From Mycobacteriales bacterium (GTDB taxonomy: Bacteria > Actinomycetota > Actinomycetes > Mycobacteriales > SCTD01): DNA of 64,000 nt. The stretch's first letter is position 1. Each line of letters starts with the position of its first letter. The stretch spans positions 111,529 to 175,528 of the forward strand of contig JBBRNK010000007.1 in the NCBI GenBank assembly GCA_038230355.1, read 5' to 3'. Below are positions 48,845-58,972 of the stretch, piece after piece. The position numbers and the translations under genes were made by a program. Under the pieces are notes generated by a model. It worked only from the letters and a program-made list of their open reading frames with translations, made no database searches and was not told the origin of the DNA.

Positions 48845-50211
48845 GGCGCCCGCTCAGCGACCAGGTCGACGCCCTCCGAGCCGGTCACGACCGCTCGCAC
48901 GAGCTGGCCCACCCGAAGCGAGGCGTCGTACAGCAGGGTGGAGCCGTCGACCTCGGGGGCCTGGTGCAGGGCGCGGCCCTCAGCGACACCGCCTTCGACC
49001 GACTCGACAAGGACGTCGAGCAGCTCGCCGAGGCGCTCCTCGGCGCGCTGCGCGGTGAGCTGCTCGGCCAGCGCGGTGATCTGCTGGACCCGCGCATCGA
49101 CCACGTCCTGCGGGAGGTGGTCGGGCAGGCCCTCGGCCTCCGTGCCGTCCTCGTCGGAGTAGCCGAAGACCCCGATCGCGTCGAGCCGGGCCTCGACGAG
49201 GAAGCGCTCGAGCTCGGCGAGGTCGTCCTCGGTCTCGCCGGGGAAACCGACAATGACGTTGCTGCGGACCCCGGCGGTCGGGGCGGCCGCGCGCACGTCC
49301 GCCAGCAGGGTCAGGAACGCGTCGGTGCCGCCGAAGCGGCGCATCCGGCGCAGCACCGTCGGAGAGCTGTGCTGGAAGGACATGTCGAAGTACGGCGCGA
49401 CGCCCGGGGTCGAGGTCAGCGTCCGGACGAGGGTCGGACGCATCTCGGCGGGCTGCAGGTAGGACAGCCTGACGCGAGGGATGATGGCGGCCAGCTCCGG
49501 CAGCAGCGTCTCGAGCAGCTTCAGGTCGCCGAGGTCCTTGCCGTACGACGTGGAGTTCTCAGAGACCAGGACCAGCTCGCGCACGCCGCGGTCGGCGAGC
49601 CAGCGGGCCTCGGCCAGGACGTCCGACGGGCGGCGGCTCACGAACGCACCGCGGAAGGACGGGATGGCGCAGAACGAGCAGCGCCGGTCGCAGCCTGAGG
49701 CCAGCTTGAGCGACGCGACGGGCCCGTCGTCGAGGCGCTTGCGCAGGACGTGCGGACCGCCGGCGTGACCGGGGATGCCGATCTCGAGGTCGGCAGCCGG
49801 CTGCTGGCGCTCGACCGGGCTGATCGGGAGCAGCGTGCGTCGGTCCCCGGGGGTGTGGCTGTCGATGTGGCCACCGTCAAGGACAGTCTGCAGATGGTTC
49901 GACAGGTCGGCGTAGGAGTCGAAGCCGAGGACGGCATCGGCCTCGGGCAGCTGCGCGGCGAGCTCCTTGCCGTACCGCTCGGCAAGGCAGCCGACGGCCA
50001 CCACCTTCGCGCCGGTGTCGCTCGCGGCGAGCAGGGTGTCGATGCTGTCCTTTTTGGCGGACTCCACGAACCCGCAGGTGTTGACGACCACGACGTCCGC
50101 GTCCTCGTCGGTCAGTGTCCAGCCAGCGGCGTCGAGCCTTCCCGCGAGCTCCTCGGAGTCGACCTCGTTGCGTGCACAGCCCAACGTAACGAGGGAGAGG
50201 CGGCGGGACAC
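48841..50211 (-). CDS. rimO: Ribosomal protein S12 methylthiotransferase RimO (radical SAM, MiaB family)
   Basis: N-terminal MTTase domain ([14 protein letters not shown]), a radical SAM CxxxCxxC motif ([12 protein letters not shown]) and a C-terminal TRAM domain. Confidence 0.9.
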   Translation of the reverse strand: MSRRLSLVTLGCARNEVDSEELAGRLDAAGWTLTDEDADVVVVNTCGFVESAKKDSIDTLLAASDTGAKVVAVGCLAERYGKELAAQLPEADAVLGFDSYADLSNHLQTVLDGGHIDSHTPGDRRTLLPISPVERQQPAADLEIGIPGHAGGPHVLRKRLDDGPVASLKLASGCDRRCSFCAIPSFRGAFVSRRPSDVLAEARWLADRGVRELVLVSENSTSYGKDLGDLKLLETLLPELAAIIPRVRLSYLQPAEMRPTLVRTLTSTPGVAPYFDMSFQHSSPTVLRRMRRFGGTDAFLTLLADVRAAAPTAGVRSNVIVGFPGETEDDLAELERFLVEARLDAIGVFGYSDEDGTEAEGLPDHLPQDVVDARVQQITALAEQLTAQRAEERLGELLDVLVESVEGGVAEGRALHQAPEVDGSTLLYDASLRVGQLVRAVVTGSEGVDLVAERAP

Positions 50212-50251
50212 GCTCTGAGTCTAGGTGCGACCCGCTGGGGTCCTGACCGGG

Positions 50252-51268
50252 TCAGAGGGCGGCGAGGCCCGTGGAGGTGCACTCGAAGCGACGGACCGCC
50301 CCGGACGCTCCCGCCGGACCGCTGTCCTTGCCACCGCAGTTGAGGCTCACGGACAGGGCGTTGCCGACGACGACCTTGAGGCGGTTCGGGTCGGTGAAGT
50401 CCTTGAACATCCCGTTGCTCAGAACCCCTTCGAACAAGGTCGTGCTGGCGTTGCTGACGCTCACCCAGGAGGGGCTGCCGATGACCCGCAGCCGCAGCTG
50501 GGCCCCCGTGACCGGCGGCTTCGAGGCAACGGCGTCCGGCGCCGGGGTCCGTACGGCGGCGGGTGGCGTGGTCGCGGGCGCCGCGGTGGGCTGGCCGGCA
50601 CGCAGGTTCGTAGGGGACGACCCGCCGGAGGAGCCGAGGTAGCCGACAGTCACGAGACCGACGAGAACGACGGCGGCCGCGGCGGAGGCCAGACCCCATC
50701 GCGGACCCCGTCGCTCAGGCGTGAGGGAGGCCGCCGCGGAGAGGGCGAAGGCGCTGCCACCGAAGGAGGTGACCACCGGCGCGGCCACCGGGGTGGCGTC
50801 GACGACGAGGGGGGCCACCGGGCCTTGCGCCTGGTCGTACAGGGCCAGCAGCGGTCCGGCGTCGATACGCAGCGAAGAGGCGATGGACTTGACGTGGCCC
50901 CGGGCGTAGACGCTGCCACCGCTGGAGGTGAAGTGGTCGTTCTCGAGGTCGCGGATCAGCGTCCCCCGGATGCGGGTGTCGCTGCTGACCTGTTCGACCG
51001 AGCGGCCGGCCTGCTCACGGGCGGAGCGCAGGGCGGCGCCGAGCGTCTGCTCGCCACGGGCTGCGTCCTGGGAGCGGGCGTCCTGGGAGCGGCCGTCATC
51101 GGAGGGGCCGGGGGACACAGCGCGAACCTCACAGAGGGAAGGCGGTACGGGGGAAGGTACCGGGGACGGCGTAGGGGGAAGGACGTGCGAACGACGTACG
51201 TCCCATCCTAGGACCGAAGTGGCCACGTCGACAAAGCTCCTGTCTCTGGTGCGCGTCGCCGCCGTCAA
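50252..51268 (-). CDS. RodZ-like helix-turn-helix (HTH_25) plus DUF4115 membrane protein
   Basis: HTH is LGAALRSAREQAGRSVEQVSSDTRIRGTLIRDLENDHF, then a TM segment, a Pro/Ala-rich linker and a C-terminal DUF4115-like beta domain. The start is uncertain. Confidence 0.65.
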   Translation of the reverse strand: MTAATRTRDRSFVDVATSVLGWDVRRSHVLPPTPSPVPSPVPPSLCEVRAVSPGPSDDGRSQDARSQDAARGEQTLGAALRSAREQAGRSVEQVSSDTRIRGTLIRDLENDHFTSSGGSVYARGHVKSIASSLRIDAGPLLALYDQAQGPVAPLVVDATPVAAPVVTSFGGSAFALSAAASLTPERRGPRWGLASAAAAVVLVGLVTVGYLGSSGGSSPTNLRAGQPTAAPATTPPAAVRTPAPDAVASKPPVTGAQLRLRVIGSPSWVSVSNASTTLFEGVLSNGMFKDFTDPNRLKVVVGNALSVSLNCGGKDSGPAGASGAVRRFECTSTGLAAL

Positions 51269-51290
51269 CCGAGCGCCCGTTCGTCGTGGC

Positions 51291-51839
51291 TCAGGTTGCT
51301 CCGGGGCCCTCTCGGCGGCTGCCGTGCCGGAGCAGACCGGACGGGCCAGACCGCAGGTCCAGGTGCATCAGCACCTGGTCGAACCGCTCCTGGCCCACGC
51401 TCAGCACGTCCGGCCGCCGACCCGTCACCACGAACCCGAGGCCCGCGTAGAGGCGCAGCGCGCCGTGGTTGTTGCCCCGTACGTCGAGCGTCAGCACCTC
51501 GACAGCCGCTTGGAGGGCGTCTTGGACGAGCAGTTCCATCACCGCCCTGGCCGCACCCCGTCCACGCGCGTCGGGGTGGCTCATGACCTTCGTGACCTGG
51601 GCCATGGCGTGCAGCACGACCCCGTCGTACCGGCGCCAGGCGCCGCAGGCGAGGACCGTGCCACCGTCGGTGCAGACCGCCAGCCGTGCACCTGAGGCGA
51701 GCATGCCGTCGAGCCAGGCGAGGACGTCGTCGGCACGAGGGACGCTCAGCCAACCGACGGCTCCCCCGGTCGCCGCAACGGCCTGGACGAGGTCCACGAG
51801 ACCGGCCCGGTGCCGCTCGCCGCACCAGGTGACCCGCAC
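51291..51839 (-). CDS. GNAT family N-acetyltransferase
   Basis: 182 aa with a GTG start. Motif A is VTKVMSHPDARGRGAARAV, followed by ALRLYAGLGFV. Confidence 0.7.
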   Translation of the reverse strand: MRVTWCGERHRAGLVDLVQAVAATGGAVGWLSVPRADDVLAWLDGMLASGARLAVCTDGGTVLACGAWRRYDGVVLHAMAQVTKVMSHPDARGRGAARAVMELLVQDALQAAVEVLTLDVRGNNHGALRLYAGLGFVVTGRRPDVLSVGQERFDQVLMHLDLRSGPSGLLRHGSRREGPGAT

Positions 51840-52039
51840 CCCCAGACCATAGGGTCGGCCGGTGACACCAGACGTGGTGGCCGTACAGGTCCGCGGGCTA
51901 CGCAAGTCGTTCGGGCAGGTCCCGTGACGTCCTTGTCCTGCACGGGGTCGCAGCCCTGCTCGGGGTCGCCCCGATCGCCACCCTGACGGCCTGCCTCGGC
52001 CTGGTAGCGGGTACCGGAGACAGCCTGGCGTCGTACGGC

Positions 52040-52408
52040 ATGGCGGTCCTGGCCGTGCCCCTCGAGCTGGCGCTCTGTGTCGCCCTGAGCCGTACGACGG
52101 CAGCGTGGCTCGCCCGGCTCCTGCGGTCCCGCCGCGGGCGCGACTCCCCCGGTGGCCACCTCGACGCGGTGATGGTGTTCGCGGTGTGCGGCGTCGCGGT
52201 CTTTGCCGGACCCCGCGGCCAGGAGCATCCAGGTGGCGGTGCCGTCCTGGCCGAAGCGGTTCGAGCCAGCGAGCACGGAGCGCCCCTGCTGCTCCTCGGC
52301 CCCCTGTACGGCGCAGCCCTGGGAGCAGGTGCCCGCGAGCTGGCCGCGACCCTGTGGTCGGAGCGGGGACCCGAGGTGTTGCTGCGCCTGTCGGCCCGGC
52401 CCGGCTGA
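52040..52408 (+). CDS. Hypothetical small membrane protein (122 aa)
   Basis: The ORF shows GC3-rich codon bias and two hydrophobic segments. No family could be assigned and it may be spurious. Confidence 0.3.
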   Translation: MAVLAVPLELALCVALSRTTAAWLARLLRSRRGRDSPGGHLDAVMVFAVCGVAVFAGPRGQEHPGGGAVLAEAVRASEHGAPLLLLGPLYGAALGAGARELAATLWSERGPEVLLRLSARPG

Positions 52409-52426
52409 CCCTTCTGATCCGGCTGC

Positions 52427-53149
52427 TCAGCAGTTGTCGGCGACGAACCCGCAGATGTGCCCCCAGGCCTTCTCGCACTCGCCCGCGTGCTCGGGAGCGG
52501 TGCGGTCGAAGAACGAGTGCGGCATGCCGTCGAAGACCACGAGGTCGGCCGGGACCGGGACGACCTCGGCGAGCTGCTTGGGGTCCTCGACCGGGATGTG
52601 GGCGTCGCCACCGGCGACCAGCATCAGCAGCGGGGCTGTCATCTGGTCGACGACCGGCAGCGGGATCGACGACCGACCATAGAACCCGATGCACCCCGCG
52701 AGCCCCGGGGTGTCCGCACTCTGCCGCCACGAGTACGACCCGCCGAAGCAGAACCCGAGCGTGAACACCCGCTCGACGCCGCGTGCGCGCAGGTGCGCCA
52801 CCCCGGCTGCGGTGTCGGCGGCGATGCCCGCAGGCGTCGCCTTCTGCACCTCGGGCATGAAGTCGAAGCCGTCGCTGCGGTCCTCGCCCTCGACGGTCCT
52901 GCCGAAGTAGTCGACCGCCACAGCCTCCCAGCCGAGCTCCGCGAGGCGCACCGTCAGGTCGCGGTAGTACGCATGCAGCCCACGGACGTCCGGGAGCACG
53001 ACCACGCCCACCTTCGACGGCGCGGCCGCCCGGCACGCGTGCGCCAACAGGACGTTGCCGTCAGCAGCGGTGAGCGTCAGCGCACGCTGCTCCCCGGACG
53101 TTCCGGCACCGGGGGCGGCGGGGGCAAGGGAACCATCGGCGAAGCACAT
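52427..53149 (-). CDS. Dienelactone hydrolase family alpha/beta hydrolase
   Basis: Nucleophile elbow GFCFGG, at 240 aa with a DLH-like arrangement. Confidence 0.8.
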   Translation of the reverse strand: MCFADGSLAPAAPGAGTSGEQRALTLTAADGNVLLAHACRAAAPSKVGVVVLPDVRGLHAYYRDLTVRLAELGWEAVAVDYFGRTVEGEDRSDGFDFMPEVQKATPAGIAADTAAGVAHLRARGVERVFTLGFCFGGSYSWRQSADTPGLAGCIGFYGRSSIPLPVVDQMTAPLLMLVAGGDAHIPVEDPKQLAEVVPVPADLVVFDGMPHSFFDRTAPEHAGECEKAWGHICGFVADNC

Positions 53150-53202
53150 GGTCCGAACCTAACCCAGCTGCTCCGACCCAGCAGGGAGCCGGGCAGCCCG
53201 GC

Positions 53203-55671
53203 TCAGCCCCGCAGGAGAAGCAGTGTCCCGTCGAGCTCCTCGGGCGTGACGAGGACGTCGCGCGCCTTGGAACCCTCGGAAGGCCCGACGATCCCGCGGC
53301 TTTCCATCAGGTCCATCAGACGCCCGGCCTTGGCGAAGCCGACCCGCAGCTTGCGCTGCAGCATCGACGTCGAGCCGAACTGGGTCGTGACGACCAGCTC
53401 GACCGCCTGCAGGAGCACGTCGAGGTCGTCGCCGATCTCCTCGTCGACCTGCCGCTCGGCGGCGACCGGCGCGCAGATGTCCTCCCGGAACGCCGGCTGA
53501 CGCTGCGCCTTGCAGTGGTCGACGACCGCCCTCACCTCGGCGTCGGTGACCAGCGCGCCCTGGATCCGCAACGGCTTGGACGCACCCATGGGCAGGAACA
53601 GCGAGTCACCCTTGCCGATCAGCTTCTCCGCACCGGGCTGGTCGAGGATGACTTTCGAGTCGGTCCCGGAGGACGTCGCGAACGCGAGCCGCGACGGGAC
53701 GTTCGCCTTGATCAGACCGGTGACGACATCGACGGAGGGACGCTGGGTCGCGATGACCAGGTGGATGCCGGCGGCCCGGGCGAGCTGGGTGATGCGGACG
53801 ATCGAGTCCTCGACGTCACGCGGCGCGATCATCATGAGGTCGGCGAGCTCGTCGATGATGACCAGCAGGTAGGGATAGGGCTTGTAGACCCGCTCCGACC
53901 CGGGAGGGGCAACCAGCTGACCGGCGCGGACGGCGGCGTTGAACTCGTCGACGTGCCGGAAGCCGGAGGCCGCGAGGTCGTCGTACCGCATGTCCATCTC
54001 GCGGACGACCCACTGCAGGGCCTCTGCGGCCTTCTTGGGGTTGGTGATGATCGGGGTGATGAGGTGCGGGATCCCCTCGTACGACGTGAGCTCGACCCGC
54101 TTGGGGTCGACCAGCACCATCCGCACCTCGTCAGGGGTGGCCCGCGACAGGATGCTCACGAGCAGCGAGTTGATGCACACCGACTTGCCGGCGCCGGTCG
54201 CGCCCGCGATCAAGATGTGTGGCGTCTTCGCAATGTTGGCGCAGACGAAGCCGCCCTCGATGTCCTTGCCCAAACCGACGAGCATCGGGTGGTGGTCGTT
54301 CGTCGCCACCGGGCTGCGCAGGATGTCGCCCAGCGAGACCTGCTCGCGGTCGGTGTTGGGGATCTCGATGCCGATCGCGCTCTTGCCGGGGATGACGTCG
54401 ATGATCCGGACGTCAGGGCTCTTCACGGCGTAGGCGATGTTGCGGGCGAGGGTCTTGATCCGCTCGACCTTGACGGCCGGGCCTAGCTCGATCTCGTAAC
54501 GGGTCACCGTCGGACCGCGGCTGAAGCCGGTGACGCGGGCGTCGACCTGGAAGTCGACCAGCACCTGCGACAGGGCGGCGATGACCTCGTCGTTGGCGGC
54601 GCTGCGCTTCTTCGGCGGCGTGCCGGCACCCAGCAGCTCCGGTGGGGGCAACTGGTAGTCGCCCTTCAGCACCAGCTGCTCGGCCTTCGTGGGCACGGGC
54701 GTGTGCGGCGGCGGCTCGGCCGCGACCGGCTCTGTCATCCGCGCCCGGTCGTCGAGGGCGAGCACCACCGGGTTGAGGTCCTCGGGGGCCCCTTGCACGC
54801 CGACCTGCACGCCGACGCGCCGACGCGGCCGGCTGCGGTTGAGCGGGGCCAGCGGCTCCAGCCCGACGTCGGGCTGCGCCGGTTGCGGCGGTGGACGCAG
54901 CAGAGCCTTGTCGCGGAGCGCAGCGAGCCGTCCCGGCACCTGGTGCACGGGGGTGGCGGTCACGACAAGAAGTCCGAAGGCCGCGAGCAACAGCAGCACC
55001 GGCACCGCGATGTACGGCGTGAGCAGGTGCTCCAAGGGGTCGCCGAGCACGAACCCGACGACGCCGCCCTTGTCGGCCCGCGGCAGGTCCCCGCGGACGA
55101 TGTGCAGGACTCCGAGCGCACCGACCGACAGGGTGGTCCACCCGACGAGCAGCCGGCCGCTGGTCCCTTGGCTGACGGGGTGGCGCAGCACCCGCACGCC
55201 CGCAACCGCGAGCACGACCGGCAGCACCATCGCACCCCGACCGAACAGGCCCTCGACCGCGTCGGCGAGGGTGTTGCCGGCGGTGCCTGCGTGCCACCAC
55301 GCACCGGCTGCGGACAGCAGCGCACCGATGAGCAGGAACAGACCGACCCCGTCGCGCCGGTGCGCCGGGTCGAGGTCATGGGCGCTGCTCCCGGCCGCCC
55401 GGCCGACGCCGCCCACTCCTGCGGCCAACAGCCGGAACGACCCGCCGACGAGACCGACGACTGCCCTGCCGCCCACCGCAAGGGGGCGAGGACCGGTACG
55501 TCGAGCGGCCGGTCTGCGCGACGCCGGCTTGCGGGCGGCGGGCTTGCGCGATGCAGGCTTGCGCGATGCAGGCTTGCGAGGCGCGGGCTTGCGGGCAGCG
55601 GGCGCGGCGGCCTTGCGAGCCGTCGGCTTGCCGGAGTTACCGGACGGGCGAGCGGACGTGCGTGTGGCCAT
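53203..55671 (-). CDS. ftsK: DNA translocase FtsK
   Basis: 822 aa with N-terminal TM segments, a Pro/Ala/Lys-rich linker with RKPA repeats, a motor domain with Walker A (GATGAGKS) and a C-terminal gamma domain. Confidence 0.95.
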   Translation of the reverse strand: MATRTSARPSGNSGKPTARKAAAPAARKPAPRKPASRKPASRKPAARKPASRRPAARRTGPRPLAVGGRAVVGLVGGSFRLLAAGVGGVGRAAGSSAHDLDPAHRRDGVGLFLLIGALLSAAGAWWHAGTAGNTLADAVEGLFGRGAMVLPVVLAVAGVRVLRHPVSQGTSGRLLVGWTTLSVGALGVLHIVRGDLPRADKGGVVGFVLGDPLEHLLTPYIAVPVLLLLAAFGLLVVTATPVHQVPGRLAALRDKALLRPPPQPAQPDVGLEPLAPLNRSRPRRRVGVQVGVQGAPEDLNPVVLALDDRARMTEPVAAEPPPHTPVPTKAEQLVLKGDYQLPPPELLGAGTPPKKRSAANDEVIAALSQVLVDFQVDARVTGFSRGPTVTRYEIELGPAVKVERIKTLARNIAYAVKSPDVRIIDVIPGKSAIGIEIPNTDREQVSLGDILRSPVATNDHHPMLVGLGKDIEGGFVCANIAKTPHILIAGATGAGKSVCINSLLVSILSRATPDEVRMVLVDPKRVELTSYEGIPHLITPIITNPKKAAEALQWVVREMDMRYDDLAASGFRHVDEFNAAVRAGQLVAPPGSERVYKPYPYLLVIIDELADLMMIAPRDVEDSIVRITQLARAAGIHLVIATQRPSVDVVTGLIKANVPSRLAFATSSGTDSKVILDQPGAEKLIGKGDSLFLPMGASKPLRIQGALVTDAEVRAVVDHCKAQRQPAFREDICAPVAAERQVDEEIGDDLDVLLQAVELVVTTQFGSTSMLQRKLRVGFAKAGRLMDLMESRGIVGPSEGSKARDVLVTPEELDGTLLLLRG
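55526..55611 (-). repeat. Imperfect tandem 15-bp repeat (~5-6 copies, ggcttgcgcgatgca-like) encoding (R)KPA(S/A)RKPA repeats at the FtsK N-terminus
   Basis: Directly visible in the sequence. Confidence 0.55.
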
Positions 55672-55743
55672 GATGGGACCGTACCGGCTGATACCACCTG
55701 TCCCACCTGTCCCAGAGGCGACACGCCGTGCGGCTGCCGACGC

Positions 55744-57426
55744 TCAGACCTCGAGGACGACCGGGATGATCATGGGTCGGCGGCGGTAGGTGTCGCTGAC
55801 CCAGCGGCCCAGGACCCGGCGCAGGGACTGCCCGATCTGGTGCGGGTCGGAGACACCGTCGGCGGCGGCCCGGTCGAGCTCGGCCTCGAGCAGGGGCAGG
55901 ACCTCGTCGAAGGCCTTCGGGTCATCGCTGAAGCCGCGGGCCGCGATCTGCGGCGCACCGGCAACCTTGCCGGTCATCGAGTCGACGGCGATGGTGAGCG
56001 AGATGAACCCCTCCTCGCCGAGGATCCTGCGGTCCTTGAGCGTCGACTCGCCCACGTCGCCGACCTCGAGACCGTCGACGTAGACGTAGCCGCACGGGAC
56101 GGCACCGACGATCGAGGCCCGCCCGTCGACCAGGTCGACCACGACCCCGTCGTCGGCGAGAACCACGTTGTCGACCCCCGTGAGGCGACCGAGCTCGGCG
56201 TGCGCCCGTAGGTGTCTCCACTCGCCGTGCACCGGCATCAGGTTCGAAGGCTTCACCGCGTTGAGCAGGTAGAGCAGCTCACCGGCCGGCGCGTGTCCGG
56301 AGACGTGCACCTTCGCGACGCCCTTGTGCACCACGCGGGCGCCCCAGCGGGACAGACCGTTGATGACCCGGTACACCGCGTTCTCGTTGCCGGGGATCAG
56401 GGAGGAGGCCAGCACGATGGTGTCGGCCGCCTCGATCCGGACCTGGTGGTGGGAACGGTTGGCCATCCGCGACAGCGCCGACAGCGGTTCCCCCTGGGAG
56501 CCGGTCGAGACGAGCAGCACCTTGCGGGGGTCGAGGCTCTCGAGCTGCTTCATGTCGACGACGATGCCGGCCGGGATGCGCAGCAGGCCGAGGTCGGAGG
56601 CCACGCCCATGTTGCGGACCATCGAGCGCCCCACGAAAGCCACCTTGCGTCCGTGCTTCTCCGCGGCGTCGAGCACCTGCTGGACGCGGTGCACGTGGGA
56701 GGCGAAGCAGGCGACGACGACCCGACCCCCGGCAGTTCGGACCACCTCGTCGAGGACCGGACCGATCTCCCGCTCGGGGGTGACGAACCCGGGGACCTCG
56801 GCGTTGGTGGAGTCCGACAGCAGCAGGTCGACACCCTCCCCGCCGAGGCGGGCAAACCCACCGAGGTCGGTGAGCCGGCCGTCCAGCGGCAGCTGGTCCA
56901 TCTTGAAGTCGCCGGTGTGCAGGACCAGGCCGGCTCCGGTCCGGATGGCGACGGCCATCGCGTCCGGGATGGAGTGGTTCACAGCGAAGAACTCGAGGTT
57001 GAACGCGCCGACGGTGACGTGCTGCCCCTCGACGACCTCGTCCACCACCGGCGTGATCCGGTGCTCCTTGAGCTTGGCCTGTAGGAGCGCGAGGGTGAAG
57101 CGGCTCCCGATGATCGGGATGTCGCGCCGCTCGCGCAGCAGGTAGGGGACGGCCCCGACATGGTCCTCGTGCCCGTGGGTGAGGACGACCGCGACGACGT
57201 CGTCGAGCCGGTCGCGGATGTGGCTGAAGTCGGGCAGGATCAGATCGATCCCTGGCTGTTCGGTCTCCGGGAACAGCACGCCGCAGTCGACGATCAGCAA
57301 CTGCCCGTCGTACTCGAAGACGGTCATGTTGCGACCGATCTCGCCGAGACCGCCGAGAGCCACGACGCGCAGGGCCCCGGCCGCCAGTGGCGGCGGCGGC
57401 CCCAGGCCGGGGTGCGGGTGGCTCAC
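55744..57426 (-). CDS. rnj: Ribonuclease J (metallo-beta-lactamase / beta-CASP family)
   Basis: HGHEDH motif with beta-CASP and C-terminal domains, at 560 aa. The GTG start overlaps the dapA stop (GTGA). Confidence 0.9.
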   Translation of the reverse strand: MSHPHPGLGPPPPLAAGALRVVALGGLGEIGRNMTVFEYDGQLLIVDCGVLFPETEQPGIDLILPDFSHIRDRLDDVVAVVLTHGHEDHVGAVPYLLRERRDIPIIGSRFTLALLQAKLKEHRITPVVDEVVEGQHVTVGAFNLEFFAVNHSIPDAMAVAIRTGAGLVLHTGDFKMDQLPLDGRLTDLGGFARLGGEGVDLLLSDSTNAEVPGFVTPEREIGPVLDEVVRTAGGRVVVACFASHVHRVQQVLDAAEKHGRKVAFVGRSMVRNMGVASDLGLLRIPAGIVVDMKQLESLDPRKVLLVSTGSQGEPLSALSRMANRSHHQVRIEAADTIVLASSLIPGNENAVYRVINGLSRWGARVVHKGVAKVHVSGHAPAGELLYLLNAVKPSNLMPVHGEWRHLRAHAELGRLTGVDNVVLADDGVVVDLVDGRASIVGAVPCGYVYVDGLEVGDVGESTLKDRRILGEEGFISLTIAVDSMTGKVAGAPQIAARGFSDDPKAFDEVLPLLEAELDRAAADGVSDPHQIGQSLRRVLGRWVSDTYRRRPMIIPVVLEV

Positions 57427-58307
57427 GCGAGCACCCCTGCGGCAACCAGGTCGAGGCGCAGTTGCGCGATCTCGTCCGCGGTGGCCTCGACCAACGGCAG
57501 GCGTACCGGGCCGACCGGGAACCCGAGCAGGGTGAGCGCCGCCTTCACCAAGATGGTGCCGGGGCTGCGGAAGATGCCGGAGTAGATCGGCAGCATCCCC
57601 TCGTGCAGCGCGCGGGCTCCGGTGACGTCACCGGAGGCGAAGGCCTCGATCATCTGCTTGGTCCGCCCTGCGACGACGTGCGTGGAGGTGCCGATGACGC
57701 CGACGGCGCCGAGTGACAGGAGCGGGAGCGTCCACGGGTCGTGGCCGGAGTAGTAGGCCAGGTCGCTCTGCGACAGGACCCACGAGGTCGACTCGAGGTC
57801 GAGCTTGGCGTCCTTGATGGCGACCACCTGCGGGTGCGCCGCGAGCTCCAGGACCGTTGCCTGGGTCAGGGCGAGCCCGGTGCGGCCGGGGACGTCGTAG
57901 AGCATCACCGGAAGGTCGGTCGACTCGGCGACGGCCACGGTGTGCGCAATGACTCCGGCCTGCGGAGGCTTGTTGTAGTACGGCGTGACGACCAGCAGCC
58001 CGGAGGCGCCGGCCTTCGCGGCGTCCTGCGCCATGAGGGTCGCGTGCGCGGTGTCGTTGCTGCCGACCCCGGCCACGACCGAGGCGCGGCCCCCGACGGC
58101 GTCGACGACGGCTCGCAACAGGTCGGCCTTCTCGTGGCGGTGGGTCGTGGGCGCCTCGCCCGTCGTACCGCTGATGACCAGGCCGTCGTTGCCGTCGCCG
58201 ACCAGCCGGTCGGCGAGCTGCGCGGCCCGGTCCAGGTCGACGGCACCGTCGGGGGTGAACGGCGTGACCATCGCGGTCAGCACCTGTCCGAAGGGAGGGG
58301 TCGTCAT
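57423..58307 (-). CDS. dapA: 4-hydroxy-tetrahydrodipicolinate synthase
   Basis: N-terminus FGQVLTAMVTPFTPDGAVD, the GTTGE motif and an active-site Lys region, at 294 aa. Confidence 0.9.
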   Translation of the reverse strand: MTTPPFGQVLTAMVTPFTPDGAVDLDRAAQLADRLVGDGNDGLVISGTTGEAPTTHRHEKADLLRAVVDAVGGRASVVAGVGSNDTAHATLMAQDAAKAGASGLLVVTPYYNKPPQAGVIAHTVAVAESTDLPVMLYDVPGRTGLALTQATVLELAAHPQVVAIKDAKLDLESTSWVLSQSDLAYYSGHDPWTLPLLSLGAVGVIGTSTHVVAGRTKQMIEAFASGDVTGARALHEGMLPIYSGIFRSPGTILVKAALTLLGFPVGPVRLPLVEATADEIAQLRLDLVAAGVLA

Positions 58308-58355
58308 GACGCGAGGCTACCGTCCGGGAGGCTCCCGCTGGTGCCGCTCGGACGG

Positions 58356-58805
58356 TCAAGCCTCGGTGGGGGCCTTCGCGCCGGCCGTGAGCCGGATGAC
58401 CTCGTCGGCCTCGGTGCCCGTGGGGGCGGCCTCGAAGGTCGCGAGCAAGGCCTCGGCCACCTCGGCGAGCGCCAGGACGACGGTCAGCGGGCCGAACGCC
58501 AGGAGCACGGTCCGACCCTCGACGCGGACCGCGACCTCCCCGTCACTGGTCGGGGTGCCCAGACCGGCGCTCAGCAGCGAGCGGTCGATGACGAGGTCCG
58601 CCAGCTGCTCGTTCTCGAGCACGACCAGCCGGACCGCCGAGGGCAGGTCCGAGGTGTGACGTACCAGGACCGTCACGGGCAGGTCGGCCTCGCCGGACAG
58701 GCGCAGGGCACCACGCAGCCCCCGGGTGGTGACGACCGGCCGGTCGACCGGCCGGTCGACCGGCCGGTCGGTGGAGCGGATGGTGGGGCGGGTTGCTTCG
58801 TTCAT
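58356..58805 (-). CDS. Hypothetical protein with N-terminal DRPV tandem repeats, located between dapA and thyX
   Basis: 149 aa with an ATG start and a GGAGC RBS. The repeat TDRPVDRPVDRPV is encoded by a 12-bp triple repeat at ~58734-58771. Confidence 0.5.
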   Translation of the reverse strand: MNEATRPTIRSTDRPVDRPVDRPVVTTRGLRGALRLSGEADLPVTVLVRHTSDLPSAVRLVVLENEQLADLVIDRSLLSAGLGTPTSDGEVAVRVEGRTVLLAFGPLTVVLALAEVAEALLATFEAAPTGTEADEVIRLTAGAKAPTEA

Positions 58806-58972
58806 GCAGGCTCCCGGGCGGTGACCCTCGATGGACGGTTCAGGGGTGGGTGCTGTCCTGTCGGCGCCACCGGGCGGGTCATGAGCACACCACCCGGGAT
58901 AACTATCCGCACTACTCCCACGTGGACCTCTCCCCCGAGGGACCGCGACGGCACCGCCGGTCCGTGCGGCGC

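Noticed and set aside
51840-52430. Minus-strand ORFs 51746..52276 and 51898..52611
   Set aside because: They are low-complexity Arg/Pro/Gly/Ser translations overlapping each other and have no motifs. Only the plus-strand 122-aa ORF with hydrophobic segments was retained, at low confidence.
45807-58771. Short tandem repeats as a possible CRISPR array
   Set aside because: The repeats are 12-15 bp, contiguous without spacers and in-frame inside coding sequences. They are not CRISPR.
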